Below, piece after piece: positions 1 to 10,531 of a DNA stretch of 64,000 nt (within the stretch, counting starts at the first letter, position 1; every line of letters begins with the position of its first letter). Under the pieces are notes generated by a model that did no database searches, was not told where the DNA came from, and worked only from the letters and a program-made list of their open reading frames with translations. The translations under genes were made by a program, and so were the position numbers. Source of the stretch: Mustelus asterias. Its lineage: Eukaryota. Where the stretch lies: NCBI RefSeq assembly GCF_964213995.1, contig NC_135806.1, forward strand, positions 66,588,001 through 66,652,000, read 5' to 3'.

Positions 1-264
1 TTCCCAGCTTGGGCACTGTCTGTGTGGAGTTTGCACATTCTCCCCATGTCTGCGTGGGTTTCCTCCGGAGGCTCCAGTTTCCTCCCACAGTTCAAAGATG
101 TGCAGGTTAGGTGGATTGGCCATGTTAAAATGCCCCTTAGTATCAGGGATACTAGTAGGGTAAATGCATAGGGTTATGGGGATAGGGCCTGGGTGGGATT
201 GTTGTCGGTGCAGGCTCGATAGGCTGAATGGCCTCCTTCTGCACTGCAGGGATTCTATGATTCT
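1..264 (+). mobile_element. HE1-like V-SINE, 5' end outside the window, CR1-type tail
   Basis: V-domain core TGTGTGGAGTTTGCACATTCTCCCCATGTCTGCGTGGGTTTCCTCC; tail GGCTGAATGGCCTCCTTCTGCACTGCAGGGATTCTATGATTCT resembles CR1 3' ends; many similar copies in the window. Confidence 0.85.
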
Positions 265-423
265 CTTACATGACAAAACAGATGATGGCACAAGGCAAAT
301 GGAGATGGTAATGGGACAAATAAAGAAACAAAAGATGGCGCTAGAGAGAAAGGTCAGTGGAGAAAATAGAATCATCACAAACAACTGCTGCCTGAAAACA
401 AAACAAGTGACGGGGGAGGGGGT

Positions 424-780
424 TATGGTCTGAAATTGTTGATCTCACTTTTGAGTGCAGAAGCCTGTAAAGAGCTGAGTCAAAATGAGGTGTTGATCCT
501 CAAGCTCATAGAAACAGTGTGGGAGGTTGAGGAGAGAGAGGTCAGAGCAGGAGAGGAATTGATTAAAAGGAAAAGCAACCGAAAGCTCGGCATCACATTC
601 ACAGATAGAATAGAGGTGTTCCATAAAGCTCCATCTTTGTCTGGTCTCCCCAGTGCAGAAGAGACTGTGTTGTGAGCAGTATATTAAATTGAAAGAAGCA
701 CAAGTAAATCACTGTTTCACTGGGAGGAGTGTCTTGGGGCTTTGGACAGTGACAAGGGAGGAGGTTAAAGAGTAGTTGTT
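424..780 (-). mobile_element. Decayed Penelope-like element (family 2), GIY-YIG endonuclease C-terminal remnant
   Basis: Minus strand gives frame-broken GET...EDQHLI...NNFRP* motifs, like the end of a PLE ORF (YIGET...EEQHLIF...NNFR). Confidence 0.6.
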
Positions 781-789
781 ATATTTCCT

Positions 790-1098
790 AAAGTTAAAGT
801 AAAAGTTTATTTAATAGTCACAAGTAGGCTTACGCTGCGATGAAGGTTCTGTGAAAATCCCCTGGTCGCCACACTCCGGCTCCTGTTCGGGTCACACTGA
901 GGGAGAATTTAGCACGGCCAATTCACCTAACCTGCACATCTTTGGACTGTGGGAGGAAACCGGAGCACCCAGAGGAAACCCACGCAGACACAGGGAGAAT
1001 GTGCAAACTCCACACAGACAGTGATCTAAGGCGGGAATCGAACTTGTGCCCCTGGCGCTGTGAGGCAGCAGTGTTAACCACTGTGCCACCATGCCGCC
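790..1098 (-). mobile_element. V-SINE with alternative (non-CR1) 3' tail
   Basis: tRNA-like head (GGCGGCATGGTGGCACAGTGGTTAAC...GTTCGATTCC on minus), V core, tail ...GTAAGCCTACTTGTGACTATTAAATAAACTTT. Confidence 0.85.
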
Positions 1099-1493
1099 TC
1101 TGTGTTTACATGTGAAGGTGCTGTGTGTAGGAGGGGACATATTGGGGATGCCCATCCTTGAAGGGTTCTATTCCATTCCCCTAGTTTTTGTTCATAGTTC
1201 ACACAGTTGCCATTCTCTGCCTGGTGTCTTGTGAGTGAAACTTCAGAAAATATAAGAGCTGAAACATTATGATTGTAGAAATAACTTAACCATCATAAAA
1301 CCTAACAGCATTTCTAGTTACAAAAGTACATACTCTGGTGCCTGCCTTAATTCTGCCATTGTGTTCATGGGCTAGGGCCACGGTGATGATTGAATAGCTG
1401 GAAGTGTATTTGTGTGTGTAATTTACCTGACAATGAGAAATAATCCGACTGCTTTTAGATTGGGACCAGGACCTCAGAAGATCACTGGCCTAT

Positions 1494-2272
1494 ATAGAGT
1501 TAGAGGGTTTTACAGCACAGAAAGAGGCCCTTTGGCCCATTGTGTCTGCATCAGCCATGAAACACCAATCTATTCCATTCGCATTTTCCAGCATTTGGGC
1601 CATAGTCTTGTATGCTATGGTGTTTCAAGAGCTAATGTAAATGCGTCTTAAATGTTGTGAGGGCCCCGCCTCTACCATCTTTTCAGGTAATGAGTTCCAG
1701 ATTCCCACCACCCTCTGGGTGAAAACAATTTTCCTCAAATCCCATCTAAATCTCCTGCTCCTTACCTTAAATCCCTCTCAGAAGTCCCTCCTCAGCCTTC
1801 TCTGCTCCAAGGAAAACAACTCCAGCCTCTCTTATTAGCTGAAACGCTCCAGCCCAGAAAGGTGAATCTCCTCTGCAGCCTTTCCAGTGTAATCACATCC
1901 ATCCTGTAGTATGGTGATCAGAGCTGCACACAGTTCTCTAGCTGTGGTCTAACGAGTGTTTTATACAACTTCATCATAATATCCCTGCTCTTATATTGTG
2001 TGATGTGGATGATGCTGGTGTTGGACTGGGTTAAACACAGTAAGAAGTCTCACAACACCAGGTTAAAGTCCAGTGGTTGGACTTTAACCTGGTGTTGTGA
2101 GACTTATATTGTGTGCCTTGGCTAATAAAGGTAAATAATCCGTATGCCTTCTTAACTACCTTATCCACCTGTCCTGTTGCCTTCAGGGGTCTTTGGACAT
2201 ACACCCCAAGGTCTCTCTGATCCTCTGTACTTCCGAGCATCATACTGTTCATTGTGTATTCCCTTGCCTTGT
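1494..2272 (-). mobile_element. Decayed 5'-truncated CR1 LINE 3' part
   Basis: Minus ORF 2031-2300 reads QRDLGVYVQRPLKATGQVDKVVKKAYGL, matching the CR1 ORF2 C-terminus at 15074-15934; CR1 3' hairpin near 1520-1545. Confidence 0.85.
2002..2105 (-). mobile_element. Miniature fold-back Penelope-like insertion (family 1)
   Basis: Family tail GATGTGGA...GTTGGACTGGG; perfect 28-bp inverted arms 2045-2072 and 2078-2105; duplicated target CTTATATTGTGTG at 1990-2002 and 2103-2115. Confidence 0.8.
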
Positions 2273-2822
2273 TAGAATCTATAAAACTGAAGGAGTCCAA
2301 TAGGCTGTTGATGGTGCTTTTGTCCAGCAGGCTCTTCTAATTGTGATTCCATTTCTTATCCCTTTTCTTATCAACTTTTACAGGAACTTAACCAACCCCT
2401 TGATGTTACAATCTCTTCTTGATGGCTTAAACCGACTTGTCACTTTGTCAGTCTTTTTCTAAGCTCTTCCTGTACATGCTAAGACTTGTCTTATGAGCTC
2501 AAGTCCATCCAAATACTCTATATTAACCTTCCCTGCAACAACATTGCCGCTCATTTGGTTTAGGTAAGATGTAGGAATGTGACTCTAGAATTTCAGTTCT
2601 CTTCCATGGCCAGAGAGGTTGAGTATAGAATTATAGAATTCCTACAGTGCAGAAGGAGCCATTTGGCCCATTGAGCTTGTATCTTACCCAGTCCTATCCC
2701 CATAACCCCACGTATTTACTCGGCTAATCCCCCTAACCTCCACACCTCGGGATGTTGAGGGGCAATTTAGCATGGCCAATTCATCTAATCAGCACATCCT
2801 TGGACTGTGGGAGGAAACCCAT

Positions 2823-2986
2823 GATGTGGAGATGCTGGCGTTGGACTGGGGTAAACACAGTAAGAGTTTTAACAACACCAGGTTAAAGTCCAACAGATCT
2901 GACGAAGGAGCAGCACTCTGAAAGCTAATGGCATTTGCTACCAAATAAACCTGTTGGACTTTAACCTGGTGTTGTTAAAACTCTTA
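2823..2986 (-). mobile_element. Fold-back Penelope-like insertion (family 1) with hammerhead core
   Basis: Tail plus perfect 36-bp inverted arms 2861-2896 and 2951-2986; TSD GGAGGAAACCCA at 2810-2821 and 2988-2999. Confidence 0.85.
2897..2931 (+). ncRNA. Minimal hammerhead ribozyme motif, stem II mutated
   Basis: AT-CTGACGA-AGGAGCAGCACTCT-GAAA-GCTA-ATGG contains the CUGANGA and GAAA core boxes. Confidence 0.55.
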
Positions 2987-3108
2987 TGGAGGAAACCCAC
3001 GCAGAGACGGCGAGAACGTGTAATCTCCATACAGTAACCCAAGGCCAGACTCAAACCCGGGTCCCTGGTGCTGTGAGGCAGCAGTGCTAACAATTGTGTC
3101 ACCGTGGA

Positions 3109-3322
3109 TGGAGTCTGCATGTTCCCCCTGTGTCTGCATGGGTTTCCTTTGGGTGCTCCGGTTTCCTCCCACAGTCCAAAGATGCGCAGATTAGGTGAAT
3201 TGGCAATGCTAAATTGCCCCCTAGTGTACCCAAAAAGGGGTTGGAGTGTGGCAACTAGGGAATTTTCACAGTAACTTCATTGCAGTGTTAATGTAAGCCT
3301 ACTTATGACACTAATAAATAAG
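3109..3322 (+). mobile_element. 5'-truncated V-SINE with alternative tail
   Basis: V core then CAGTAACTTCATTGCAGTGTTAATGTAAGCCTACTTATGACACTAATAAATAA. Confidence 0.8.
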
Positions 3323-5204
3323 TTCTTGATTTGCAAGAGCATAAATTTCATTATTTAAAAATTATACTTTTATTTAAAAGCCCTAATTTTCTGCAGAAAG
3401 ACAAATTGGGTAATGAGCAAATGCAGCATTCCTTGAAATTTGTGAGTTTGTGAGGCTAAAGGCAGAGCAACGCAAATTATTTGCAACTTATGGTGACTTG
3501 CAATTTGTGGGATATTTACATTGCTGCACAATTTACATGTTAACGACAGCAAGTGACATTCAATATACAATTACTTTGGCAGCAAAATCTAGACCCTTGA
3601 GTTTCATGTTTTCACTTTCGCAACAATACTTTCTAGTTTGTCAACCAAAGAGATTCTAGAAAGAAAGGACCGTTCAAGTTTATGCCCTTGATAAAACAAT
3701 GCGTACCTGGAAGATAAGTAATAGAATTGACAACAAATTACTATTCCCATGAGTTATTGTAGTCAATTAATGGGCTGAGAAAATACAGCTGCATTTATGA
3801 TATTAGAAGCAGATGGTGGGAGGGACAACATGACAAGAATTGATGCATTCATTGAACTACTTGTGTTTTCTCTGTCCTGTTTAATAGCTTGTCGGTAGAA
3901 ATCTCTGAAAAATGAAAACAAAGTGGTCAAATGCTGTATACATAGAAATAATTTAGTTTTAATGTATATATTAAAAAGTGCAGCAATGAGAAATTTAGGC
4001 AATTCATGTGCCTCCAGTGAGGTGCAGTAATATAGGAACAGGAGTAAACCATTCAGCTGTTTGTTCAATTAGGTCATGGCTAATATGTGCCTCAACTCCA
4101 TTTTATCTGCTTTTGCTCCATAACCTTTGGATGTCCTTATCTACCAAAAGTCAGCAGTTTTCAGGCTGAATGTTTCAACTAATTCACATGAGGAAGTCCG
4201 TGCCATTAGAATCTCCATACCCCTTTCCTGATTTCATTCCTAAATTGTCTCGCACTGCACTAATTTTCCACCAGGGGAAATGGTTTCCACTGGATGGAAT
4301 TTTATTTTCTCTCGCGGGATACGTTTTGTGGTGGTGGCAATTTAGTAAGTGAGAAGGTCGCGGGTGGGGACCTTGCCGTCTTCCCACCTCCAATCCAATT
4401 TAGTCTGTAGCAGGAAATTCCATGGGCAGGTGGCTGGCCCTGCCACCAATTGAAGCCCTTAACTGGTATTAATGTCCATTTAAGAGCCTCAAGCTGCTGC
4501 TGCTACTGCTGGGCTACACCATTTTTAACAGCCTTGCATGATGGCTAGGTTAATGATATCTGGAGAAGCCATTCTTGTATCTATGCCACAGCCAATATTA
4601 TTTGGCTAATTATGGCATATTCAATTCCTTCTTGAATTTACCGTGGTTGCTGTTGTGCAACGGGTGATGTTTTAATAGCCAGGATACCACTGTGTCAGTT
4701 TAATATGGAATTGTCTATTTCATTCTCATACACTGAATACTCCAAAATTCAAATGTTTCCTCCATAATTTCTCAAAACAGAAATGAAGACTTGTACAATT
4801 TTCTACACAGCTAATTTCTGTAGTGTATTAAACTTTTACTTTTTGTATGCTTGAACTATTTATGACTTGTCAACATTATAATAATATATATATAATAAAA
4901 CGGATTCCTATGTTACACTTGCAGCAGGAATTTATTTGTACTCATTTGCATGTAGGATCAGGCACAAAATGAATATGTCAAGTTTATCTGAAATTATTTG
5001 AATTGAGCTTGTATTGAGTAAAAGAAGGATACAATTCTGCTGAAAGCAGTTCCAAAATATTCTGCACACTAATTTGTTAGTTACATAATCATAGTTCATA
5101 TCATTCCTTAAACTCCTTTCTGTCTCAATCATGAATAATATTTGATAATGGAACAACTACTAGCGTTTGCCACTATTTTTGGACAAATGGCATAACAACT
5201 TCAA

Positions 5205-5544
5205 GATGTGGAGATGCCGGCGTTGGACTGGGGTAAACACAGTAAGAAGTCTCACAACACCAGGTTAAAGTCCAACAGGTTTATTTGGTAGCAAAAGCCA
5301 GTAGCTTTCACAGCGCTGCTCCTTCGTCAGGTAAGTGGGAGTTCTGTTCACAAATAGGGCATATAAAGACACAAACTCAATTTACAAAATAATGGTTGGA
5401 ATGCGAAATTGAGTTTGTGTCTTTATATGCCCTGTTTGTGAACAGAACTCCCATTGATGAAGGAGCAGCGCTCCGAAAGCTACTGGCTTTTGCTACCAAA
5501 TAAACCTGTTGGACTTTAACCTGGTGTTGTGAGACTTCTTACTG
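5205..5544 (-). mobile_element. Fold-back Penelope-like insertion (family 1), ~140-bp inverted pLTR arms
   Basis: Tail 5205-5239; arms ~5240-5383 and 5406-5544; TSD TAACAACTTCAAGA at 5193-5206 and 5545-5558; hammerhead core in each arm. Confidence 0.9.
5451..5486 (+). ncRNA. Hammerhead ribozyme-like motif in the inverted pLTR arm
   Basis: TGATGA-AGGAGC-AGC-GCTCC-GAAA-GCTA with perfect stem II (GGAGC/GCTCC); a small deletion removes the first core C. The opposite arm (5298-5338, minus) keeps CTGACGA. Confidence 0.55.
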
Positions 5545-5934
5545 TAACAACTTCAAGACAGGGCAGATGTATGATTAAACATGGAGTTTGAAGAGTTGTT
5601 GGTGGAGAAGTGTTGCTCAACCATTTAACTTTGTAAAAATAGCATCTTGCTACTTGGAACGCCATTCAAATGCATTGATCATTCATCAAAGTAATCTTGC
5701 CAAAGAAGGTCATGTCATTACAATTTTATAAGACAACCTCTCTGGCATTTTTACTTAACAGGTATGGAGTTTCATTCCTTCAAGTTGGAGATTTAAATAA
5801 GAGTTATTTTTTAACTTTATTTTGTGTCTTCTCCACTCTTTTAATCCAACCTTTATTTACCTCTTTATTTCTTTCTTTATTTGGTTTGACATTGAATTCA
5901 CCGTTCTAACTTGCATATCCTTCTCTTTCTTTGC

Positions 5935-6756
5935 ACAGGGGTGCCCTGGTGTCAATGACTATCCCCGCATAAAGGGCATCACCTGTACCAAATGACATTA
6001 ACAATTCTTCAAGCTGGTACAAGAGACACACAGGCTGGAATCTTATCCTGAAGGCTGAATTCCTGCTGCCAGGTCAAAATCAGGATGTGACCATGCTTAG
6101 GCCAGCAATGGAACCCACTGAGACTCAGTCAATTAGGTGGCTGCCACCGGGGCTGCTGTTACAATTAAGGAGGGGCTGTGGGCCTAATCGAGGGTTGACA
6201 TCTCGGCAGCCTCAACAGCACCACTGCTGGTGGCTGCTATTGCTGGGTAGCCCCTGCAAGGAGAAGGCACCTCTGGGGAGATGATAGCCAAGTGGTATTA
6301 TTGCTAGACTATTAATCCAGAAACTCAGCTAATGTTCTGGGGACCCAGGTTCGAATCCCACCATGGCAGATGGTGGAATTTGAATTCAGTAAAAAAAAAT
6401 CTGGAATTAAGAACCTACTGACGACCACGAAACCATTCTTGATTGTTGGAAAAACCCACCTGGTTCACTAATGTCGTTTAGGGGAGGGAATCTGCCGTCC
6501 TTACCTGGTCTGGCCTACATATGACTCTAGAGCCACAGCAATGTGGTTGACTCTCAACTGCCCTCGGGAAACTAGGGATGGGCAATAAATGCTGGCCAGC
6601 CAGTGACACTCATGTCCCATGTGTGAATAAAAAAAACCTGAGGTACCATCGAAAAGAGGTAGTTGCGACCAGGCCATGTTGATTGAGATGGGGGGTCATT
6701 TGGTACAGGTGATGCCCTTTATGCGGGGATAGTCATTGACACCAGGGCACCCCTGT
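5935..6756. repeat. Perfect 62-bp inverted duplication (5935-5996 and 6695-6756)
   Basis: ACAGGGGTGCCCTGG...GTACCAAATGAC is the exact reverse complement of 6695-6756. Confidence 0.9.
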
Positions 6757-6886
6757 ATGGACCATGGCATGCCAATAAAGATCACCCCCCCACCCCTGAC
6801 CCTGACACAAACAAGAAGTGGCTTTAAATGGCCACTTGTGGCTGAATTGGGCTCCTGCATGTGACATTTCTGCTAAAATTCCAACC
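6033..6886. mobile_element. Old Harbinger-type MITE containing a SINE
   Basis: Imperfect TIRs GGCTGGAATCTTA / TAAAATTCCAACC; GC-rich interior like other MITEs here. Confidence 0.55.
6283..6636 (+). mobile_element. tRNA-derived SINE with L2-type tail
   Basis: A box TAGCCAAGTGG, B box GGTTCGAATCCC, tail GGATGGGCAATAAATGCTGGCCAGCCAGTGACACTCATGTCCCATG...AATAAAAAAAA; paralogue at 59618-59993. Confidence 0.8.
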
Positions 6887-7150
6887 ACTAACAAAATGGC
6901 ATATCAGTAGAAAATCATTGGGCAAGCCTCAACACCTTCCTGTTGTGTTATCTCTTTGAGAGAAAATGTTAAATAGTAACTAATCAGGATCTAAACCATG
7001 TGACCAACATACATTGTTCAGAGGATTTAAACACATTCAATGACTGAGCTCCCACAGCCCTGTGGGATAGATAATTCCACATAGTCACAACCCGTTGAGT
7101 AAAAAGAATTCTCCTCCTCTCCGTCCTAAGTGGCTTTCTCCATCTTACCT

Positions 7151-7500
7151 GCACGATGGTTAGCAGTGCTGCCTCACAGCTCCAGATTCCCGGGTTCAAT
7201 TCCAGCCTTGGTGACTGTCTGTGTGCGGAGTTTGCACATTCTTCCGGTGTCTGGGTGGGTTTCCTCTGGGTGCTCTGATTTCTTCCCACAGTCCACCGAT
7301 GTGCAGGTTAGGTGGATTGGCCATGCTAAATTTCCCCAAAGTGATCCAAGATGTGTAGGTTAGATGGGATTAGCCATGGTAAATGCATGGGATTACAGGG
7401 ATAGGGTGGGGAAGAGGGCTTAGGTAAAATATTCTGTCAGAGAGTCAGTGCAGACTTGATGGGCCGAATGGCCTCTTCTGCACTGTAAGAATTCTATGAT
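7151..7500 (+). mobile_element. HE1-like V-SINE inserted in CR1
   Basis: tRNA head GGTTCAATTCC, V core, tail GGGCCGAATGGCCTCTTCTGCACTGTAAGAATTCTATGAT. Confidence 0.85.
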
Positions 7501-8145
7501 CCAAGTATTATGTAGATTTCATTGAGATGAGCTTTCATTCTTTGAAACTCAAGAGAATACAGGCCCAGTTTCCCCAATCTCTCTTCATAGGACCATCCTG
7601 CCATCCCAGTAACATGTCTGGTCAACCTTCATTGTAATCTCTCCATGGCAATAATATTCTTCCAAAGGTAAGGGGACTGAGACAACACACAGCACTCCGG
7701 GTGTGAATTGAAGAAAGATTTCATAACCTCTGTACTCAAAGCCTCTTGAAATAAAGGCTAACATTCCATTAGCCTTCCTAATTACTTGCTGCACCTGCAT
7801 GTTAGCTTTCAGGGACTTATTGATGAGGACACCCATGTCCCTTTGTACATCAGCACATTCCAATCCCTTACCATTTAAGAAGTACCCTGCATACCTGTTC
7901 CTCCTACCAAAGTAGATAACCTCACATTTTTCCACATTATATTTCATCTCCATGTTCTTAGTCACTCACTAAGTCTGCTCAAATCCTCTTGAAACTGCTT
8001 TACATCTTCCTCACAACACATTTCCACCTAGATTTGTATCAACCATGAACTTGTAAAGAGGGAATTTGGTCCCCACATCCAAATCATTGATAAATGTTGT
8101 GAATAGCTGGGGGCCAAATACTGACCCTTGTGGTACTCTACTAAT

Positions 8146-8227
8146 GTAAGAGTTTTAACTACACCAGGTTAAAGTCCAACAGGTTTATTTGGTAGCAAAT
8201 GCCATTAGCTTTCGGAGGGCTGCTCCT
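8146..8227 (-). mobile_element. Tail-less PLE family-1 pLTR fragment
   Basis: GTAAGAGTTTTAACTACACCAGGTTAAAGTCCAACAGG...; TSD CTACTAAT at 8138-8145 and 8226-8233. Confidence 0.8.
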
Positions 8228-8814
8228 ACTAATCACAATCTGCCGATGCAAGAATGGCCCATTTATTTCTACTTTGTTTTTTGCCTGTTAGCCAATCCTT
8301 GGTCAATGCCAATAAATTGCCTCTTATCCTAAATGCTTTACTTTTGCTAACCATCCTCCTGTGGGGGATTTTGTCAAAAGCCTTCGGAAAATCCAAAGAT
8401 GCTATATCCAATAACTCCTCTTTATTAATTCTGTTGGTAACTTCCTCAACAAAGTCCACCAAGTTCATCAAACATGATTTTGCCTTCATAGATCCACGAT
8501 GACTATCTCCAATCAGATCGTTATTATCCAAGTGTCCATTTATCACATTCTTCAGAATAGAACCTGTGTTTATTCTACCTGTCTGGTGTGAGATTGGTAA
8601 ATTTATATTAAGCAAACATCGAAATATCAACATGGTGGGTGGCAGCAGTTCCTCTTAACAAAAGCTGAAGATTCCGAGGAAAGGCCCCTGACAAGGATTT
8701 GTGCCATACGTAAGCTGTATCTGCATTGAAGGGAGGAAGAAACAGGCAATGTTTCATGAGCAGTGAGTTCCTGATTTGTGGGGTAGTCAGATTGGTGGTG
8801 AATTAGAGTCTGAC

Positions 8815-9790
8815 GGGGCGATTTTACCATTGCGTTGCGCCCGTTTTTGGGCGTGACGCGGTGGAAAAGCCGAGTGTAAAGCGCTTAGCGCGATTGGCGC
8901 CGGTTTTCACGACCGGTGCCATTTCATGAGCGCTGGATTTCTGCTGTGATCAGCCTTTCACCGGGTGAGAGGCAGGTTAATGTATTTAAATTTATTCTAA
9001 TATTGTTTTACATCTGCTTGACAAGCCCAGCGCTCAATTGTCCAGGCCCACCCCCCTTTATGACCTCGGCGGGAAAGGTTTGCACTGGCGAGGAATAGAC
9101 TTGCTCCCCATGAGTGGAGAGCAGTCGACTTGGCCTCACCGGTGGAACTGGATGCCATTGAGGCCCCCCGGGAGGCCAAGGACAAGGGGGGTTGTCCCTT
9201 GGGCAGTGCCACCCTGGCACCTGGGCAACGCCCACTAGGCAGTGGGGATGGGGGCTAATGTGGAGGGGGACCTAATGGGGGGAGGAGGCCTCTATAGGGA
9301 TCGGTGGAGGGAGGGAGGTGGGGCCTGCTGCCACTCTGCAGAATTCGGTGAGGGGGCGGTGGGTGGAGGGAGGGAGAGGGGGCCCGCTGTGACTCTCCAG
9401 TGATTGCTGGGGGGGACGGGCGGTGCGTCTGCGATCGGTGTGGGGAAGGCAGAGGGTCCACGATTGGTGGAGGAGGGGGGTCTGCAATCAGACTGGGCGG
9501 TGGGGGGAGTCGGTGGGGACTATATTTCGGGTCGTGGGCCCCCACGATTGCAGGGGGGTGAGCATCTTTAGGCTGCCTGCACTAGCAGGGGCCTGACAGC
9601 TCTCTTTTCTGTCAGACCTCTGCTACTGTTAATGCGCATGTGCAGCTTTAGAGGCCTGCACATGTGCACTACCTGCCTCTGCAGGGTTTTGGGCATGTTA
9701 AGCCCCACCCACAGACTTCTGCAGTGAGCAACAGACTTGCTCAGAATTTTGCAGGTGGAGTGTGTATGGGGGGGTGGGGGGGGGGGGGGG

Positions 9791-9821
<31 letters not shown>

Positions 9822-9908
9822 CTGTGGTGCCTGAAAACACACCCAAAAGACGGATCTGAAACTCTCCCAGTTTCCAAGTCCACCCAGCACTTAGAATAAA
9901 ATCACCCC
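8815..9908. mobile_element. GC-rich Harbinger-type non-autonomous element (MITE)
   Basis: TIRs GGGGCGATTTTA / TAAAATCACCCC; CACTTAGA at 9888-9895; no coding capacity. Confidence 0.7.
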
Positions 9909-10531
9909 CATAGAGTTTTACAGCACAAAAAGAGGCCCATCAGCCCATCGTGTCTGCGCCGGCCATCAAGCACTTATCGATTCTAATCCCATAATTGGAC
10001 AGTGTATATTGAATCAGCCAGTCAATTTGGGTTGGATGGTTCAAGCTGGAGGGCCACTGTAATGTTCTTGGGTGGCATTCCCGCACAGAAATGGTATGAA
10101 ACAAAAAAAAATCATTCCAACTCCAGTCAGAAAAGGGAGAAGAAATTCTCTCCACAGAACAGAGAAGCTGCTAATCCCTGCACACTGACAGCATAAAAGA
10201 CAAGAAACATCAGGAAGATGATCACCAAATTGAATTGAAAGGCCACAGATATCCTGCCCGAATTTAGGTTTGTTCAGCCAAGGTTGGAGTTATGCTTCTT
10301 AGATTTCTCTGTTGCAGAACTAGATAAACAAGAGGTGGAAATAAAGGTAGCCGTTGGAAGTGAAAGGCTGCACAGAATCAATACTTTTGTGTGAGATGGA
10401 TCAGGAGGATCCTGTCAAGCTGTGGAACATGCTGGAGGATTAGCTTCACAGACTTTAAGCTGATAATTTACAGACCACAGCCACAAGAATCAATCGATTG
10501 GTTCATCAGCAGGTGTCATGACGAAGATAGA

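Larger units (their letters stand above)
2624..3106 (-). mobile_element. HE1-like V-SINE interrupted by a PLE insertion
   Basis: CR1-type tail at left, V core split at GGAGGAAACCCA, tRNA head at right. Confidence 0.8.
6985..8565 (-). mobile_element. Decayed CR1 LINE, RT and C-terminal region
   Basis: Minus ORFs 8229-8633 (KSCLMNL...LDFPKAFDKIPH) and 7585-7965 (KCEVIYFGRRN...KANGMLAFI). Confidence 0.9.

Noticed and set aside
3707-3905. Possible minus-strand exon (TTTTCAG acceptor at ~3906, CAG/GTACGC donor at ~3707)
   Set aside because: All three frames hit stops and the peptide resembles nothing I recognise; a non-coding exon cannot be excluded.
2040-5544. Recurring ~36-bp palindromic sequence superficially like CRISPR repeats
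   Set aside because: Copies are dispersed, inverted, flanked by TSDs and linked to a GIY-YIG PLE ORF at 36629-36919; there is no spacer array and the context is eukaryotic.
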